From Hormiphora californensis (taxonomy: Eukaryota > Animalia > Ctenophora), in NCBI GenBank assembly GCA_020137815.1, contig CM035352.1:496001-560000 (forward strand): 64,000 nt of DNA. Reading direction: 5' to 3'. Numbering within the stretch: position 1 is the stretch's first letter; every line of letters begins with the position of its first letter. The position numbers and the translations under genes were made by a program. Below, one piece after another: positions 62,985 to 64,000 of the stretch. The notes under the pieces are model-generated. The model was not told the origin of the DNA. It worked only from the letters and a program-made list of their open reading frames with translations, and did not search any database.

Positions 62985-64000
62985 AGGGTAGACCGGGGTA
63001 ATTTGGACGGTGGGGCAATGTGGTCACAGGACGGGGCAATGTGGACTAGTGATTTATATGGGACTTTTAAATTGTGGTGTTTAGTGTGAAATAACGAAAA
63101 ATGACGACTTTAAAGTTAAACTTTATTTTGGTAAACTTAATTATGATAATTATTTAAATTAAGGGTCAGAATTTCACAATATGATACTTTTCTATCCAGT
63201 TTCATCATCAAAATGACATTAGCTTTCGATTTAATTAGCTAATTTGCATTTTAATGAAGCGGGGCAATTCGGACAATTTGGGGCAATTCGGACGAAAAAA
63301 TCGGGGGCAATTCGGTCATAAACCAGATTACCCCATGGGGCAATTTGGACTAGACCAAATTGCCCCATGGGGCAAATTGGTTAATACAAATTGGCCTCAT
63401 GGCGCCATTATACTCGTTTCTGTGGTAACCATAGACAACCTGCTTTCATAATTATCCTATTCAATCAATATAGATGGCTAAAACTGAGTAAATAGACCAA
63501 AAAATAGAAAAAAAGGCGCATTTTACAACCAATTCTCTGGTTGCCAAGGTAACAAGTCAATCCATGGTGTGGCATTCGACAATCCAACTTAATACATTGA
63601 GTGGGAATCGGCCACTGTCATGTTTTATTAGACTGGATCCCCATAATAGTAATTTCTGGCCTTGTAAGCACCTGAAAACACAAACATCATTCCTTTGAAA
63701 ACCGTAACTTTATTTGTGGCTTTTTGATCTTTGATGTCGATTTTCTCAAAAACCCTATTTGGGATAAGATTAAATCTTTTTCTAGTCAACTAGGCTAATC
63801 CTGAGCTTTCGAAAATGCACCCTACCGATATAGATCTGATGAATACTTAATTTTTTGGTTAATTAGGCTAATTACTACTTAATTAACTAATTTTGAAAAA
63901 AGGAATAACACGGTATACTAAATTACTAGATGACTGAAAAGTTTGAAATCGATATCTCAAAAACTGTGGCTACAATCTAAGTTTGTCCAAATAGCCCCAA
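62985..64000. mobile_element. Probable TIR element with GGGGCAAT(T/G)(C/T)GGAC subterminal repeats, running off the window
   Basis: TA-TAGGGTAGACCGGGG start, repeated motif, internal palindrome ~63328-63375, inverted motif at 63981-64000. Confidence 0.5.

Overview
Eukaryotic (animal) genomic DNA with many short GT-AG introns, dense MITEs and GA/CT microsatellites. Gene style suggests a ctenophore-like early-branching animal, but that is inference. Host genes: (i) a spliced rhodopsin-like GPCR on the minus strand (<324-1490) whose TM3 exon is interrupted by a MITE; (ii) an intronless GPCR (5391-6434, +); (iii) a complete multi-exon CFAP47 (7756-32212, -); (iv) an Axin-like gene mostly missed by the ORF track (39041 to >41258, -), with a spliced C-terminal DIX domain and a GSK3-binding helix, whose 5' part runs into ~15 kb of noisy low-complexity sequence (~41.4-56.3 kb); (v) a divergent D-amino-acid-oxidase-family flavoprotein (60312-62453, -). 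Mobile DNA: a three-level nest (LINE inside LINE, with a 993-bp TTAA foldback inside the inner one), a CRE-clade retrotransposon, many TIR MITEs, and two small TSD-flanked, terminally redundant elements, one carrying a tRNA-like module. Most striking: the Axin candidate; CFAP47 introns in which the 3' splice junction itself is tandemly amplified (~28x and 3x) with only the last copy productive; and two unrelated transposons at the same target site in adjacent copies of a tandem unit. Coordinates were read by hand and may be off by a few bases.
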